A DNA stretch of 64,000 bases from an uncultured Elusimicrobia bacterium (GTDB lineage Bacteria; Elusimicrobiota; Elusimicrobia; 2-01-FULL-59-12). Below the pieces are notes generated by a model that was given only the letters and a program-made list of their open reading frames with translations, was not told where the DNA came from and did no database searches. The position numbers were made by a program, and so were the translations under genes. The stretch is taken from the NCBI GenBank assembly GCA_963702895.1, contig OY969767.1, positions 2,336,001 through 2,400,000 of the forward strand, in the 5' to 3' direction. The stretch's first letter is position 1. The number at the start of each line of letters is the position of its first letter. Shown here in pieces: positions 45,527 to 56,800 of this stretch.

Positions 45527-48500
45527 TTACTTGCGGACCCCGAGGCAGAAAACGGACAGACGGTGTGAGAGGTCCGGGCTGGACATCGCGGCCAGCTGAT
45601 CGACCCAGGCGCTCGCCTGCCGCCGCGCTTCACGCATTTTGGGCAGGCGCACCTCGCGGTAACCGCGGACCTGCTCGGGACAGGACAGAATGTTCACCCA
45701 ATAAGCATAGGCTTTTTGGCTCTCCGGTTCGAAATGCGCCACAAGGTCAAGGTACCAGTCCCGGAAGTCCCTCTCCGCCTGATGCCACCCCGGCAGGAGC
45801 TTTCGTAGGAACTTCATGCGCTTCACGAGATTCAACTGCCAATCTTTCGTCACCATGTCCCAGCGCACACTCCGACCGAAGAACGTCAATTCAGGCCGGT
45901 TGAGGTGCCGGTACTTCAGGCGGTCGCCGCGCGCGGGGTCCAGCCGGTAGCGCGCGAGGTCCCGCGCGCGCTTTTCCGGGCTTGTTAAAAGATGCGCCAC
46001 ATAGACCTCATCCTTGATGGCCATGACCTTGAATGCGTTTTGAATGACCGCGCGTGTGGCGGCATGCTTCCACTCTTTGCGGTCTTTCGCCGCGACGGCG
46101 CGCACAAGGGCCGCGTAGCGCGCCATCAAAGCATACCCCTCATAGTGGACGAGCTCATAGGCGCGAAGCGCGAAATCCCGGTGGGCCGCCTCATCGATAT
46201 CGATCTCAAGGACCGTCTCCCCAACGAGGACGCGCCAGGCTTCCGCGAGGGCATGTCCATAGGACTTGGACAAGATGCTGTGCTTTTCCTTGAGGAACGT
46301 TGGATAGCCAGGAGGGGCTGAAGTGATGCGCACGCTTTCCGGCCAGACCGCCAGCGCCCGCCCCAAATGAAAAGCGTTGAGGTTGACCGCCCGGTCATCT
46401 TTCGGGACAGAAGCGGCCAGGCAGGACTCCATGGTTTCCAGCGAAAAGGGCAGGCGGCCCAGCTGAAGCGCCGCGCCCAGAAGCATAATGTTGGCGTAGA
46501 GCTTGGAGCCGAAATAGGCTTCGGAAATGAGCGCCAGATCTTCCCCCCAGAAGCCGTCGGGGCGGACGTTGGAGCGCAGCATCCGTTCATAGACCGAAAG
46601 ATCGGCTTCCTCCGTCCCCAGCAGCATTCGGATCGTGGGGGTGCTCGCCGTGTTGACAACGGCAAAGGTTTTCCCGGTGCTGCCCACGCGCCAATGCGCC
46701 GCCGAATCAAGCCCGCGGGCGGCTTCCAGCAGATCAATGCCCAGGATCAAATCCGCCTTGCCGTAGGACATGAGCGGCGAGCGCACGCCCCCGGAGCGGC
46801 TCACGAGAAGCTCGGCGAAAACGCTGCCGTTTCGGACGGCCAGCCCCTTCTTCTCAGAGAAAAGAACGCGGTACCCCTGGCGGTGCGCGGCCAGGACCAG
46901 GATCGCGGTGACCACACCGGTGCCCTGTCCGCCGACGCCCGCCGTGAAGGCGGCCCAATCGTTTTCGATCTCCAGCACGCGCGGGGCCGGCAGCTTCTCG
47001 AAAGAAGGCAAGGGGCGGAAGGGCGAAGCGGCGCGTCGGCGCTGAACGATCACTTCCTCAAAAGCCGGGCAAGCTTTGACTTTCGCGCAGGCGCCATCCG
47101 ACACGCAGTGGGTGAGGTCCGTCGCGATCTTGGGACCATAGGGCGTCTGTTCGATCGTCAGGCCGGGACATCCCGTGGTCTTCGTGCACTCCAAGCAGAA
47201 TTCGCAGGCTTCCGGGGTCACATTGATGTGCCGCTCGACCGGCAAATACCCTTTGCTCCGCAGAATCTTCTTTTTTTCCCGTCGTTCACGACGCTGATAG
47301 GTGAGACCGCATTCCTTGTCGGCGATGACGATCTTCACGCCATCCTGAAGGATGGTTTCTTCCAGGAGCTCACGGTAGCTGTCCCGATAGCCGGGGTTCG
47401 TGCGATAGATCGGAAGTTGATGGCCCGCCATGCCGCGGACAATGGATTCAATATTTTGCGCGAAGGTTTTCTCCCCCATCAGGTTGAGCTCGGTGCCGGG
47501 GGTGGGCTGGTGACCGGTCATGGCCGTTGTTTTGTTGTCCAAAATGACGTACGTGATGTCCTGGCCCGCCTTGATGGAGTCCGAGATGGCCAGCATCCCG
47601 GAATGGAAGAAGGTGGAGTCCCCCAGGAAGACCACTTGCTTGTTCGTGATGAAGGGGTCCGCCCCGGCGCCGGTCCCGCCACCCAGGCCCATCCCAGAAT
47701 AGTTATGCATCAGGCCCTGATTGGGCTCGAACATGAGCATGGTGAAACACCCGGTTTCGCCGTGAAAAATGAGGTCGGTCGGCGCGCGGCGATGGACCCG
47801 CCGCATGTAAGCGGCATCAAGGAAATCTTTTTTGATGTCAAGGAAAACAGAAGAGGAATCGCGGTGCGGGCAGCCCGGGCAAAAAGCCGGCGTGCGAACA
47901 GGCAAGCGCGTGGCTGCGGCAGAGGTGGCTTCGAGAATCGCCTGTTCTGCGCGAAGCTTGGCCACGATGCCGTCATCCCCTGCGGCCTTAAGCAGGGGAT
48001 CCATCATGGAAGTATTCATGGATCCCCCGGTAACGGCCAGGGGGGATGACGTCGAGAACAAGCGAACAAAAACGGGTATCAACCTTTCCATGATCACCGA
48101 AGGGTTGAGCCCCCGCGCCTCGGGAATCCCCGCCAGACCATCCGGGAATTTCTTTCCCCAGAGAGATGGCTTTGCCCCGGCGTCATGAAGGATTTTGAGC
48201 ACTTGGGCTTCGATAAAACCGCGTTTTTCTTCGATCACCAGGATGGCGTCGACCCCGCCCGCAAGCTCCAGCACGGCCTGAGGATCGACGGGATAGGTCA
48301 GTCCCAGTTTGAGAATGGGAAAATGTCCGTTTAAGCCCAGCTCGGAAAGCGCGTGCTCCAGGTAACAGTAGGCGAGACCCGAGGCGATGAAACCCAAAGA
48401 CGTCATCCCGGCATGACGTAAGCCGTCCCCTTCCTCTGATTTTATAGGAAGGGACAGTCCCCCGGTTGTTAGGGGGACGGGATCCATCGTGTTGTTAAAC

Positions 48501-49273
48501 TTATGGATCCCCCCCTTACGACCGGGGGGGATGACGACATTCACTTTGAGACGGCGCGCCTCGCTGAGGAGCCGTTCAAAGCGTTCCGGCAAGCTCGCTT
48601 CCCGATGCCAGGTGCGCGGGGGAAGGAGGACCTGGGTGTCAAGGTTGATCTTGGAGGAATCCAACGTGACGGGGTTCAGCAGATTGGGTACGGCAGGCCT
48701 GTTACGGCGCACCCACACGGTGCCTCCCCCATCCGCCTGATGGGTCGTGATCAGATAAGTCAGATAGAGGTCCGAATGGCTGGAAAGCTCAAAGGCCGTG
48801 TGGATCCAGTCTTTGACCTCCTGAAAGGTGGCGGGCTCCAGCACCGGCATGTGCAGGTGTTGGGCGAGGAACCGGGAGTCGTTATTGATTTGCGTGGAAT
48901 CGATCCAGGGGTCGTCCCCGACCACCACGATGCTGCCGCCGGCGTTCCGCGGCTCGGAAAGATTGCCAAGGGCAAGGCCGTCCGCCGCCACATGAAGGCC
49001 TACGCTCTTCATCACCGCCATGGCGCGCGCGCCGGCCATGCGCGCGCCGTTGAGCCGCGCCACCGAGAGGGCCTCGTTGTTGGCCATTTCGGCGAGAACC
49101 CCGCGCTTCTTCAGAAGCTCCTGGTTGGCGCTCGCCGCGTCAAAAACCTCGGAGACCGGCGAGCCGGGGTAGCCGGTGATGAGCGAACAGCCCGCTTCGA
49201 GCGCCCCTTTGAGCAGGAGCTCGTTGCCGGTGAAGACTTCTGTTCCCTCTTCTTTTAGGAATCTCTCGTCCAT
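45527..49273 (-). CDS. Fused indolepyruvate:ferredoxin oxidoreductase family protein with two in-frame palindromic inserts
   Basis: GYPGSP, FCPGCPH, LGDSTFFHSG, TAMTGHQP, ferredoxin Cys motifs, GVGGQG, KDEVYVA, VRGYREV. Confidence 0.92.
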   Translation of the reverse strand: MDERFLKEEGTEVFTGNELLLKGALEAGCSLITGYPGSPVSEVFDAASANQELLKKRGVLAEMANNEALSVARLNGARMAGARAMAVMKSVGLHVAADGLALGNLSEPRNAGGSIVVVGDDPWIDSTQINNDSRFLAQHLHMPVLEPATFQEVKDWIHTAFELSSHSDLYLTYLITTHQADGGGTVWVRRNRPAVPNLLNPVTLDSSKINLDTQVLLPPRTWHREASLPERFERLLSEARRLKVNVVIPPGRKGGIHKFNNTMDPVPLTTGGLSLPIKSEEGDGLRHAGMTSLGFIASGLAYCYLEHALSELGLNGHFPILKLGLTYPVDPQAVLELAGGVDAILVIEEKRGFIEAQVLKILHDAGAKPSLWGKKFPDGLAGIPEARGLNPSVIMERLIPVFVRLFSTSSPLAVTGGSMNTSMMDPLLKAAGDDGIVAKLRAEQAILEATSAAATRLPVRTPAFCPGCPHRDSSSVFLDIKKDFLDAAYMRRVHRRAPTDLIFHGETGCFTMLMFEPNQGLMHNYSGMGLGGGTGAGADPFITNKQVVFLGDSTFFHSGMLAISDSIKAGQDITYVILDNKTTAMTGHQPTPGTELNLMGEKTFAQNIESIVRGMAGHQLPIYRTNPGYRDSYRELLEETILQDGVKIVIADKECGLTYQRRERREKKKILRSKGYLPVERHINVTPEACEFCLECTKTTGCPGLTIEQTPYGPKIATDLTHCVSDGACAKVKACPAFEEVIVQRRRAASPFRPLPSFEKLPAPRVLEIENDWAAFTAGVGGQGTGVVTAILVLAAHRQGYRVLFSEKKGLAVRNGSVFAELLVSRSGGVRSPLMSYGKADLILGIDLLEAARGLDSAAHWRVGSTGKTFAVVNTASTPTIRMLLGTEEADLSVYERMLRSNVRPDGFWGEDLALISEAYFGSKLYANIMLLGAALQLGRLPFSLETMESCLAASVPKDDRAVNLNAFHLGRALAVWPESVRITSAPPGYPTFLKEKHSILSKSYGHALAEAWRVLVGETVLEIDIDEAAHRDFALRAYELVHYEGYALMARYAALVRAVAAKDRKEWKHAATRAVIQNAFKVMAIKDEVYVAHLLTSPEKRARDLARYRLDPARGDRLKYRHLNRPELTFFGRSVRWDMVTKDWQLNLVKRMKFLRKLLPGWHQAERDFRDWYLDLVAHFEPESQKAYAYWVNILSCPEQVRGYREVRLPKMREARRQASAWVDQLAAMSSPDLSHRLSVFCLGVRK
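47971..48051. repeat. Family A palindromic element, in frame in IOR
   Basis: CGTCATCCCC..GGGGATCCATC..ATGGATCCCC..GGGGATGACG; peptide TSSPLAVTGGSMNTSMMDPLLKAAGDDG. Confidence 0.9.
48401..48536. repeat. Family A palindromic element, in frame in IOR, with nested 52-bp element at 48426-48477
   Basis: Peptide VIPPGRKGGIHKFNNTMDP[VPLTTGGLSLPIKSEEGDG]LRHAGMT. Confidence 0.9.
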
Positions 49274-49433
49274 AGTTAAAAGCTGTTCTGACGCGCCACC
49301 GGCGGAAGTCCGCCCCACAAGAGGCCCCCTAGGACGCGCGCACAGGAGTATGCCGGAGAGCGCCGTACGAAGGGCTGGATGACGAATTATAACAAGTCAG
49401 GCGAATACTTGGGGAGAAGAGGTCACGGCCCCT

Positions 49434-50753
49434 TTATTCAACCCACTGATCTCTAAGGAGCAGGTCTTCCAGGGTGAGCCCGCGGACGTGAGAAGTTTCG
49501 AAGCGCTGCTTATTCACAACAAGCAGGCGGCCTTTAGGAAAGGAACGCGCAAACCAGGAAAACTCAAGAGGCGAAGCACTCCCGCGTTTAACTTCAATAA
49601 AGCAGTTTGGTTCAAACATATAATCCAGTTCATGCTCCTTGGTTTGCCAAAACGTTAAGAGTTCCGGCGTTTGGTCTCCAGCGATGGCACGCCGGCGCCA
49701 AATTTCCTGGGCCACAGCCCATTCAAGAAACATCCCTTGGACCGTTTCTGGCAAACGCTCATATTCCCCTACAGACCAGGGACGCATCGGGTGCCATGCC
49801 GCCGCGACCAGGAGATTGAGAAAGGGATATTTCGCCTGCTTCCTCGGGAGGCGAATGTGTTTGGCGCTGTCCCAGACCTGGCTCTGTCCGACACACAAAA
49901 GATCTGCCAAAAACTCTATGTAGCCGGCCGCGACCGTGTTGTTGGCGAGCGCTGCTTCCCGGGCGAGCTTGGCCTGTCCAATGGCATCTCCTCCGTGACG
50001 GGTCAAATAATCCAATACAGCAACGACCGCCGAACGCGAACGCCCGGCCGCAGCACATTCTCCATACACCCAATCACGCACAAGCTCAATCAGGTAAGGA
50101 GGGAGATTTCCTTGGGTGGCCAATTCCGTCAGCGCAATGGGGGAGCCTCCTGAAATCAGGTAGGCAGGTATCAGTTGATCTCCCATCTGATCGCCGCACT
50201 TGTCCTTGAAGGCCCGAAAGGAGATTGGCGTAAACAGGTAGGCCGTTCGGTCAAGCCGCCCTTTGCGGCCGGGGAGACGCTCAATTCCACGGCGCAGGTC
50301 ATGCGCCCTAGAACCTGTTGTGACCACCAGCACCTCTCTCAACACCCCGCTGTCCAGGAGCCTCTTTAGAACTCCTGTCCATCCCTCGATAGCCGTGACT
50401 TCATCAATAAAAAGCCGTTTGACCGGAGCCTCTTTCGCAAAAAGAGGTAATAGGGATTGAAGGGCTTCCAAAAAGTCCCGTGCGCGGGGGATCTCGTCCC
50501 CATTCAAATAGAAACAGCTCCCAGCACCAAATGCCTGGATGGTGTGACAGATTTGTTGCTCAAGCCAGGTGCTTTTTCCATACTGGCGCGCGCCGCGGAT
50601 GGTGAGCATACCCGGCTCGCGCGGGAGCTCCGGCAGGCCGAAATCAACCGTGAAGACATGCGGCGCGCGCCCCAGCTGCTCCACATGCGGAAATAGTCCC
50701 GGAACGTCCAGCCGACCTTCAGCCAAGGCTTGGTTGATCTGATTAACGTTCAT
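49434..50753 (-). CDS. AAA+ ATPase (AAA_14 + DUF4143-like, C-terminal nuclease-like motif)
   Basis: GARQYGKST, LFIDEV, VTTGS, L.GR, ELDY...IEVK. Confidence 0.85.
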   Translation of the reverse strand: MNVNQINQALAEGRLDVPGLFPHVEQLGRAPHVFTVDFGLPELPREPGMLTIRGARQYGKSTWLEQQICHTIQAFGAGSCFYLNGDEIPRARDFLEALQSLLPLFAKEAPVKRLFIDEVTAIEGWTGVLKRLLDSGVLREVLVVTTGSRAHDLRRGIERLPGRKGRLDRTAYLFTPISFRAFKDKCGDQMGDQLIPAYLISGGSPIALTELATQGNLPPYLIELVRDWVYGECAAAGRSRSAVVAVLDYLTRHGGDAIGQAKLAREAALANNTVAAGYIEFLADLLCVGQSQVWDSAKHIRLPRKQAKYPFLNLLVAAAWHPMRPWSVGEYERLPETVQGMFLEWAVAQEIWRRRAIAGDQTPELLTFWQTKEHELDYMFEPNCFIEVKRGSASPLEFSWFARSFPKGRLLVVNKQRFETSHVRGLTLEDLLLRDQWVE

Positions 50754-50788
50754 GACGTTATGGTACCTAACGTCTTGGACGTTAGCAA
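50744..50788 (-). promoter_or_regulatory. Leaderless sigma70 promoter overlapped by two TAACGT-N5-ACGTTA palindromes
   Basis: TTGCTA-17-TACCAT-6 nt-ATG; palindromes at 50744-50760 and 50768-50784. Confidence 0.75.
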
Positions 50789-50878
50789 TGGTTTTCTATT
50801 CGCCGAGGGTGTGATGCCTTTGCGCCGACTCGCCGGCTCTCCAATTCGCCGGCTCGCCTGTTCGATCCAGAAACAGCC

Positions 50879-53800
50879 TCAGGCGTTGGTAAGGAAGGCT
50901 TCGCGGAAGGAATTGAGTTCCTTGGAGAGCGAGAGGGCTTTCTTGTCGCCGGCTAGATCCGGGCGGTTGACCATGCGTTCGGCCACATGGACAAGGTCGT
51001 TGATCGTCGCGCGGCGGCGGCCCGCGCTTTGAGCGGCCTCCACGGTGCTTCCAACCGCTGCGGGCAGCTTAGCGACCTGTTCACTTCTGGCAGCCACATA
51101 GATCTCGGCGATCTTGATGATCCTCGACTCGTCTTCTTCGTTCGGGTTTAAGAGGTGCGCGAGCTCATGGCTTGCGGTCAACAACTTCATCCCGCTCGGC
51201 AGGAAAATATTAACTCTGCCCATGCGCCTAGCGGCAGCGGCATCCCCGAAATGGGTGAGTATTTTCCACCATGAAGCGGTCCGAGAGTCGCCCTCCCGAT
51301 CCTCGTAGCCGTAGGGAAGCAGGGAGATGGGATCCTGCCCCCGATCTTTCAAAATATGATTCAATCCCGCTTCAACGGCCCGCAGTTCCTTAAAAAGATG
51401 CTTCCGATGTTTCGGGGAAAGCGCCGCGCGCGCCATATTCACGGCCATCCCGGCCCAGCCCTTGACGGCCTGCCACAACCGAAAATGATCCAGAAGTTCT
51501 CCGGCGCTCAGGTGCTGGACTTCAGGCCTTGAGGAAGACGCCGCATCGTCTTGGACTGGAAGGTCGGCATCAAGATACGCGTTGACCTTGTCCAAAACCC
51601 GCTCCGCGAATTGATCCGCAGGGATCGTATTTCCTGTCGGAGGCGAACCGTCAGTAGGATAAATAACGTTATGGATGAGCCGCTGAAGCTGTCCGCTGAC
51701 TCTGGGTGCAGCTTCTCTGAGGCTCTCGCCATAGCTATCACTTCCAATGGCTCTTACAAATACGTCTTCCCAGTAATGAGAATCCTTTCCTACAAACGCG
51801 TTACGATGAAAGCGGGAGTGACCAGATGGATCACTAAGATGTGTTCTAGCGACATCCCATAAAATGTTCTCTTCCTGGGTGCGAGTGTCAGTGCGGGTGC
51901 CTGTCACGGCAGATGCGCTAGGTTTCGCCTTGGTGTCTGACACAACAGAGGCGCTAGGTTTCACCGTTGTGTCAGACGCCGGAGCAGATAGAGATCCTTT
52001 GTGATTAATCAATAAATACCCGCCTTCCACCAGCTCTATGACCTTAAATCCATTTTGCTCAAATGCGGGAAGAAGCCCTGGATGAGCATCTAGCATTCCG
52101 GTGGTCATCAGGAACCTGCCGCCATTGACTAAAATCCGCCGAATTTCTGTAGCGGCCGCTTGGTAAAAAGCCTCCGGTCCCTGATCGGCACCTCTTTGCA
52201 AGTCAAAGTATTCGTTGTTGAAAAGGGCAATGCTGATGGCAATATCGAATGAATTATCGCTAAATGGCATTTTCTGCACCTCGCCCTGAACATATGAGCT
52301 ATCTCCTCCTTTGGTTCGCCGCACGATAGGATCCAATCCAACAACCTTCACGCCAAGGCGATGCAAATAGGAGACGAGGTTCCCATCTGTTCGTGGTCCT
52401 GAGCCGATGTTCAAGATCCTGCTTTGGCGAAGACCATCGAGAGTCAATCTATTTTCTCCTGAGCTTTCGAACATGAGTTCTTCGAAAATGTCGATCTCTG
52501 TTGATTCTTCTCCAGTTTGGCGCGGCGGCAAACCGCCAAACGAGGGAGTGTCAATTCTGTCCCGATCCCCCGAACCCACTCTCGTTGTGCCAAGCACCGG
52601 TGCTTGAATCCGTCGGACGGCTGCCGGGGGGACGGTGTGGGTTGGAGTTGGCGGTTGAGTCGAAAACGCTATCATGGCAATGACGTCGTGGAGGTTCTTC
52701 CATTCCTCCCGGGTCAAGGACTGCCCTTGCGTGGCCATGCCCACGATATCGGACAACCAAAGTTGATCCACTTCGCATGCCAATCCTCCAATTCCGAGGA
52801 AGGATGGCAGATGCTCAAAAGGTGCGGAATGATAGAGAGCAGCTGGATCAATTTTCTCAGCAGAAAATTCCTCTACCTTTATCTCAAAACCATGGGCCTT
52901 AACATCCGCCCTTATTTTGTGGATAAGACTTTCGATGTCCCTTCTCGCGGATTTGTCCTTGGAGTTCGAACTTCTCACCAAAATCCGTTTAGGGGGGTGC
53001 TGGTCAAAAAAGATCGCGCGATAGACACGACCGTCAGAGAAGGTCTGGCCAATTTGAGGGGATGAAACTTTAAGGGCGTCCAATCGCGGGGAATCATTAT
53101 CAGGAAATTCAAAAACAATGTCTCCTGACTGGGAACCGAAGAGATCAAGAGGGAGCACTTCCCTTTGCGAAAAACGGATTAACCAGTCCTTATCGATTTG
53201 TGAAATTGGGCTGAATTTCATTAGACGTTTCGCCGCGTGCTTCATATTTTTCCAATCCCGTATGGCTTTCTGTGTTGTGAAGTCGATCTCGCGGAATATT
53301 TTTTCCCATCCCCTATCGCCAATGTTCTCAAGTACACTGGCCTGTTTGATCCAGGCGGCACGCAGCTGGTTCATCAAGGCGTTGTGACGTAGTACCCGTT
53401 TTGGTACAGGGACGGCGTCTCCCGACGCGGTCAGGTAGGCGGGAGTTTCGCCGCGGCGCTCACGCTCGGCTTCGGCCCGTTGATGGTCCTTGTGCGTGAG
53501 GACCTGCGCGAAATAACCAAGGGTCAGGACGGCGAGCGCGTTCGCGAGGCCGCCGAGCAGCCCCACCCAAAAACTTGAGGGGTCGGCATAGAGCCAACCG
53601 ATCACGCTCAGAACAGCCGTAGGGAGCATGATGGACCAGATGGCGATGAAGATCCTTTCTGCACCGTCACCTAGCCGTTCAGCTGCTTTTGGATATTGAT
53701 TTTGAGGAACGAACTTCTTCTCTTTCTCGTCGTAGATCTGGTGCTCGGCGACAAAGAGAAACGGCCGGACCATGAAGTTCCAGAACTCGGGAAGATAGTA

Positions 53801-56800
53801 AGGGGCAAAGTGGTGGTGGATCCAGTCGAGTTCATGATCCTTCAGCTCATTGCCCTTCCGCGTCATGTCCAGATACTTCTGATAGGTTTCAGTTGCTTCC
53901 AGCTTCGGGCGGTTCAGGCTGAAGAACCATCGCAAAAACGCCAGTCGCCCCATCCGCTTTCGGATCAATCCAGCCTTGTAGGTGTTGGGGTGCGTCAGGA
54001 AGGCAAGGCCGGGCTGCTTAGGGCCAAAGACAAGTCTCATATTTTCAAGCGGGGGACCGATGACCTTCTCATAAGCCGAACCCGCTGCCTTACGGATGTC
54101 AGCATCGGGCACGTGGGCTCTTCGCAGCGCCGTGAAAAACCGGGCGGCATCATGGATGCTCACAGGACCCGCAGACTGCGCAATCTCCCGGGCACCTAAA
54201 ATGTCACGGAGACCATCTTCACGAGCCAGAAGGCGAAAGACGGCGCTTGCGACATCGATGTGCTCTTGTTTGGCATCCGGCCCCCCGGCCTTTTTCAAGT
54301 CCTCCAGGTGCCGCAGGAGATCCCAATAAGGATTGTCCGCAAATGCCAAGCCTCCCAAATAAGCGTCCAATTCGCTTGGCAGAGAGTCGCCAGGGGCGGT
54401 TGGTCTCAAGCTTCCGACCCGATCGAGCATGTTACGCCAGAAATGGAGAAACTCATGCTCACGGACGGTTTCCCAGTGTTTTCTGGCGGCCTCACTTTGG
54501 GTGATGCCGCCAAAGGTTTCCAACAGGACATCGCGAGCGATCTTGCTATCGACGCCAAACTTGTCTTTCAGCTCCGCATCGGGCGTATCAAGCAATCTAC
54601 GGTGAGTGGTAGCCGCTACGGGAACGACCCCTTCGTCAATAATGACGGCTTGTTGGTACTGAAGCAAGAAGCCGGTGACATTTCTGCGCTGTCCACTCAC
54701 CAGGCGAGCTGGAATAACCTGCACCAGCCATCGCATGTCATCTCCGCTGATCTCAAAGAACTGGATGCGGCTCTTCTGGAACGAGTAGTAATTGACCCTC
54801 AGCGGTCCTCCCGAATTTTGCCACTCGCATACAAATCCCATACGTTCAAGGTCGTCATTCAACTGAGACATCGCCTTCCCAATCAACGTGGTTCCTTCTT
54901 TGCTATGTTTTTCCGCCCAGGCTTTCACAATATCTTTGGCGTTTTTCGGCAGCTCCTTCGCGTCTTCCAGAATTATTTTCATGTCGAAAATTCCGGTCGT
55001 ATCCGGGATTCGCTCGCTGGCTGCCGGAGGACGACCAGCCGCGGGAGCGCCATGAAACGCGTCTTGAACCGGCGACGCCGCAATCAGGAACATGCCCAGA
55101 ACCACCGGCTGCAGCAATCCCAAGAAGACCCTTGGGATGGTTCTTCTCTTGGCCTTTGGCCCGGCCGAGCCTAAAGCCGCGCTGACCGCTTGCCGCATCG
55201 TGTCGAGAGAGCAAGGTTTTTCAACCAGCTTGATGTCAGGGTGCGTGAGTGCGAATTCCACATCCTTGAGGATGTCGTTGTTCCCGGTAAATAAGATGGC
55301 GCGCATCCCCGGCTGGATGCTTCGAACCTGTTGAATGAGTTCTTCCCCGACCATGGCTGGTTGGCCTTGAGCTGAGAGATCCCTGTCGGTGATGATGAGA
55401 GAAAAATATCCCGGTCCAAAGTCTTTGAGCTTTCTTAAAGCATCTTCAGCGCTGTTGGCTGTGACGACTTCGTACCCCTGGTCCGACAGATCTTCCCCAT
55501 ACGAATCAAGGTTGCCCTTCTCATTATCCACGAGCAGAATTCTTCCCTGGGTTGCGGCCTGGGTGGTCGGGGCCGGGGCCTCACCCGGCGAAGCCGTAGA
55601 GTCAGAGGCGACGATGCTTGCTACGACTGGTGTGTTAACATCCCTTCCAATGCCCTCCCCGCTTTGAATGGGGACGATGTAAGGTCTGCGAACCAAACTT
55701 AAGACGTGATCCTGATTCTCCGGATTCACCCAGCTCACTAGACCTTGGCGAACAAAATCCGGCGGATGGGGATCAAAGAGAGGGTCACCCACGAACCAGG
55801 CTGGCGGTTTTGGCAAAGACGATCGGTAGCGTTCGAACTGGTCAAAAATAGCGGGCACTTCTTCTTTCGCCCTGACTCCTGCATCGGACAGCTTGGTGTC
55901 GAAGCTCAGCAGAGCTCCGATCATATCGCAGCGGACTTCGATCTCGTTCCTCAAGCGATCCGACAGCCCTTTATCGACGAGCAGAATGGATGTGAATGCC
56001 GCGTCCCCTTGCAGAATATGCCCCAGTTCATGGCCAATAATGAAGGCCCGCTGCGGCGGTGTCAGCGTCTTCAGAAAACCCGTGTTCAACAGAATGACCG
56101 GCATCTCGGACAACGAGGCATCATCAAACAAAACGGATCCAAAGGTTGGCGCGTCATCCGCTACGATAATGGTCGTCCTTAAAAGACGTTCCCTGATATG
56201 GGGTGGTATGTCCTGCATCTCAGCCCAGCGATCGCAAGCTCGCTTGAAAATGGCTTCCGCTTCCGCTGTCGCCGCTGGGTTGCGGCGCAGCCCGTGTAAA
56301 AACTTTCGGGCATCCGGCGGCGTGTTGTCCGCCGGCGCACTCTGGGGGGTTGCGGCGCCGGCCGGCGCGATAGCGGTAGCGACTGTTTCGGGGTTGTCCG
56401 GTTTGGTGGCGCGGAGCAGGTAGTAATCCGGGTGCGTGCCGTAGGCGGAGAGCGGGATAAGACGCACGTTCTCGAGGCCGACTTGGCGCAGATCTTCACT
56501 CACATCTTCGGGCTGATCCCCGCGATACTCATAGAACCACCCCAGCGACGAGACAGACAAGATGGAGCGCGTGCCATAGCTCGCGATAAAGATCCGGCCG
56601 CCTGGCTTTAAGACGCGCGCAGCCTCGCGCAAGGCCTGCTGGCGGTCCGGCATATGGCCGAGGCTTTCAAAGAGAAAGACCGCGTCAAATGTGTTATCAC
56701 CAAAGGGTGCCTCCCTGCCATCAGCCCGCGCAAGTCTCCCCTGCATACCATTCTTCTTTGCTTTTTGGAGCTGATGCTCTGACAGGTCAATGCCAAAGAA

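Noticed and set aside
47971..48536. IOR inserts as inteins or introns
   Set aside because: Too short, no intein terminal residues or group I/II features; they match the intergenic palindrome family.
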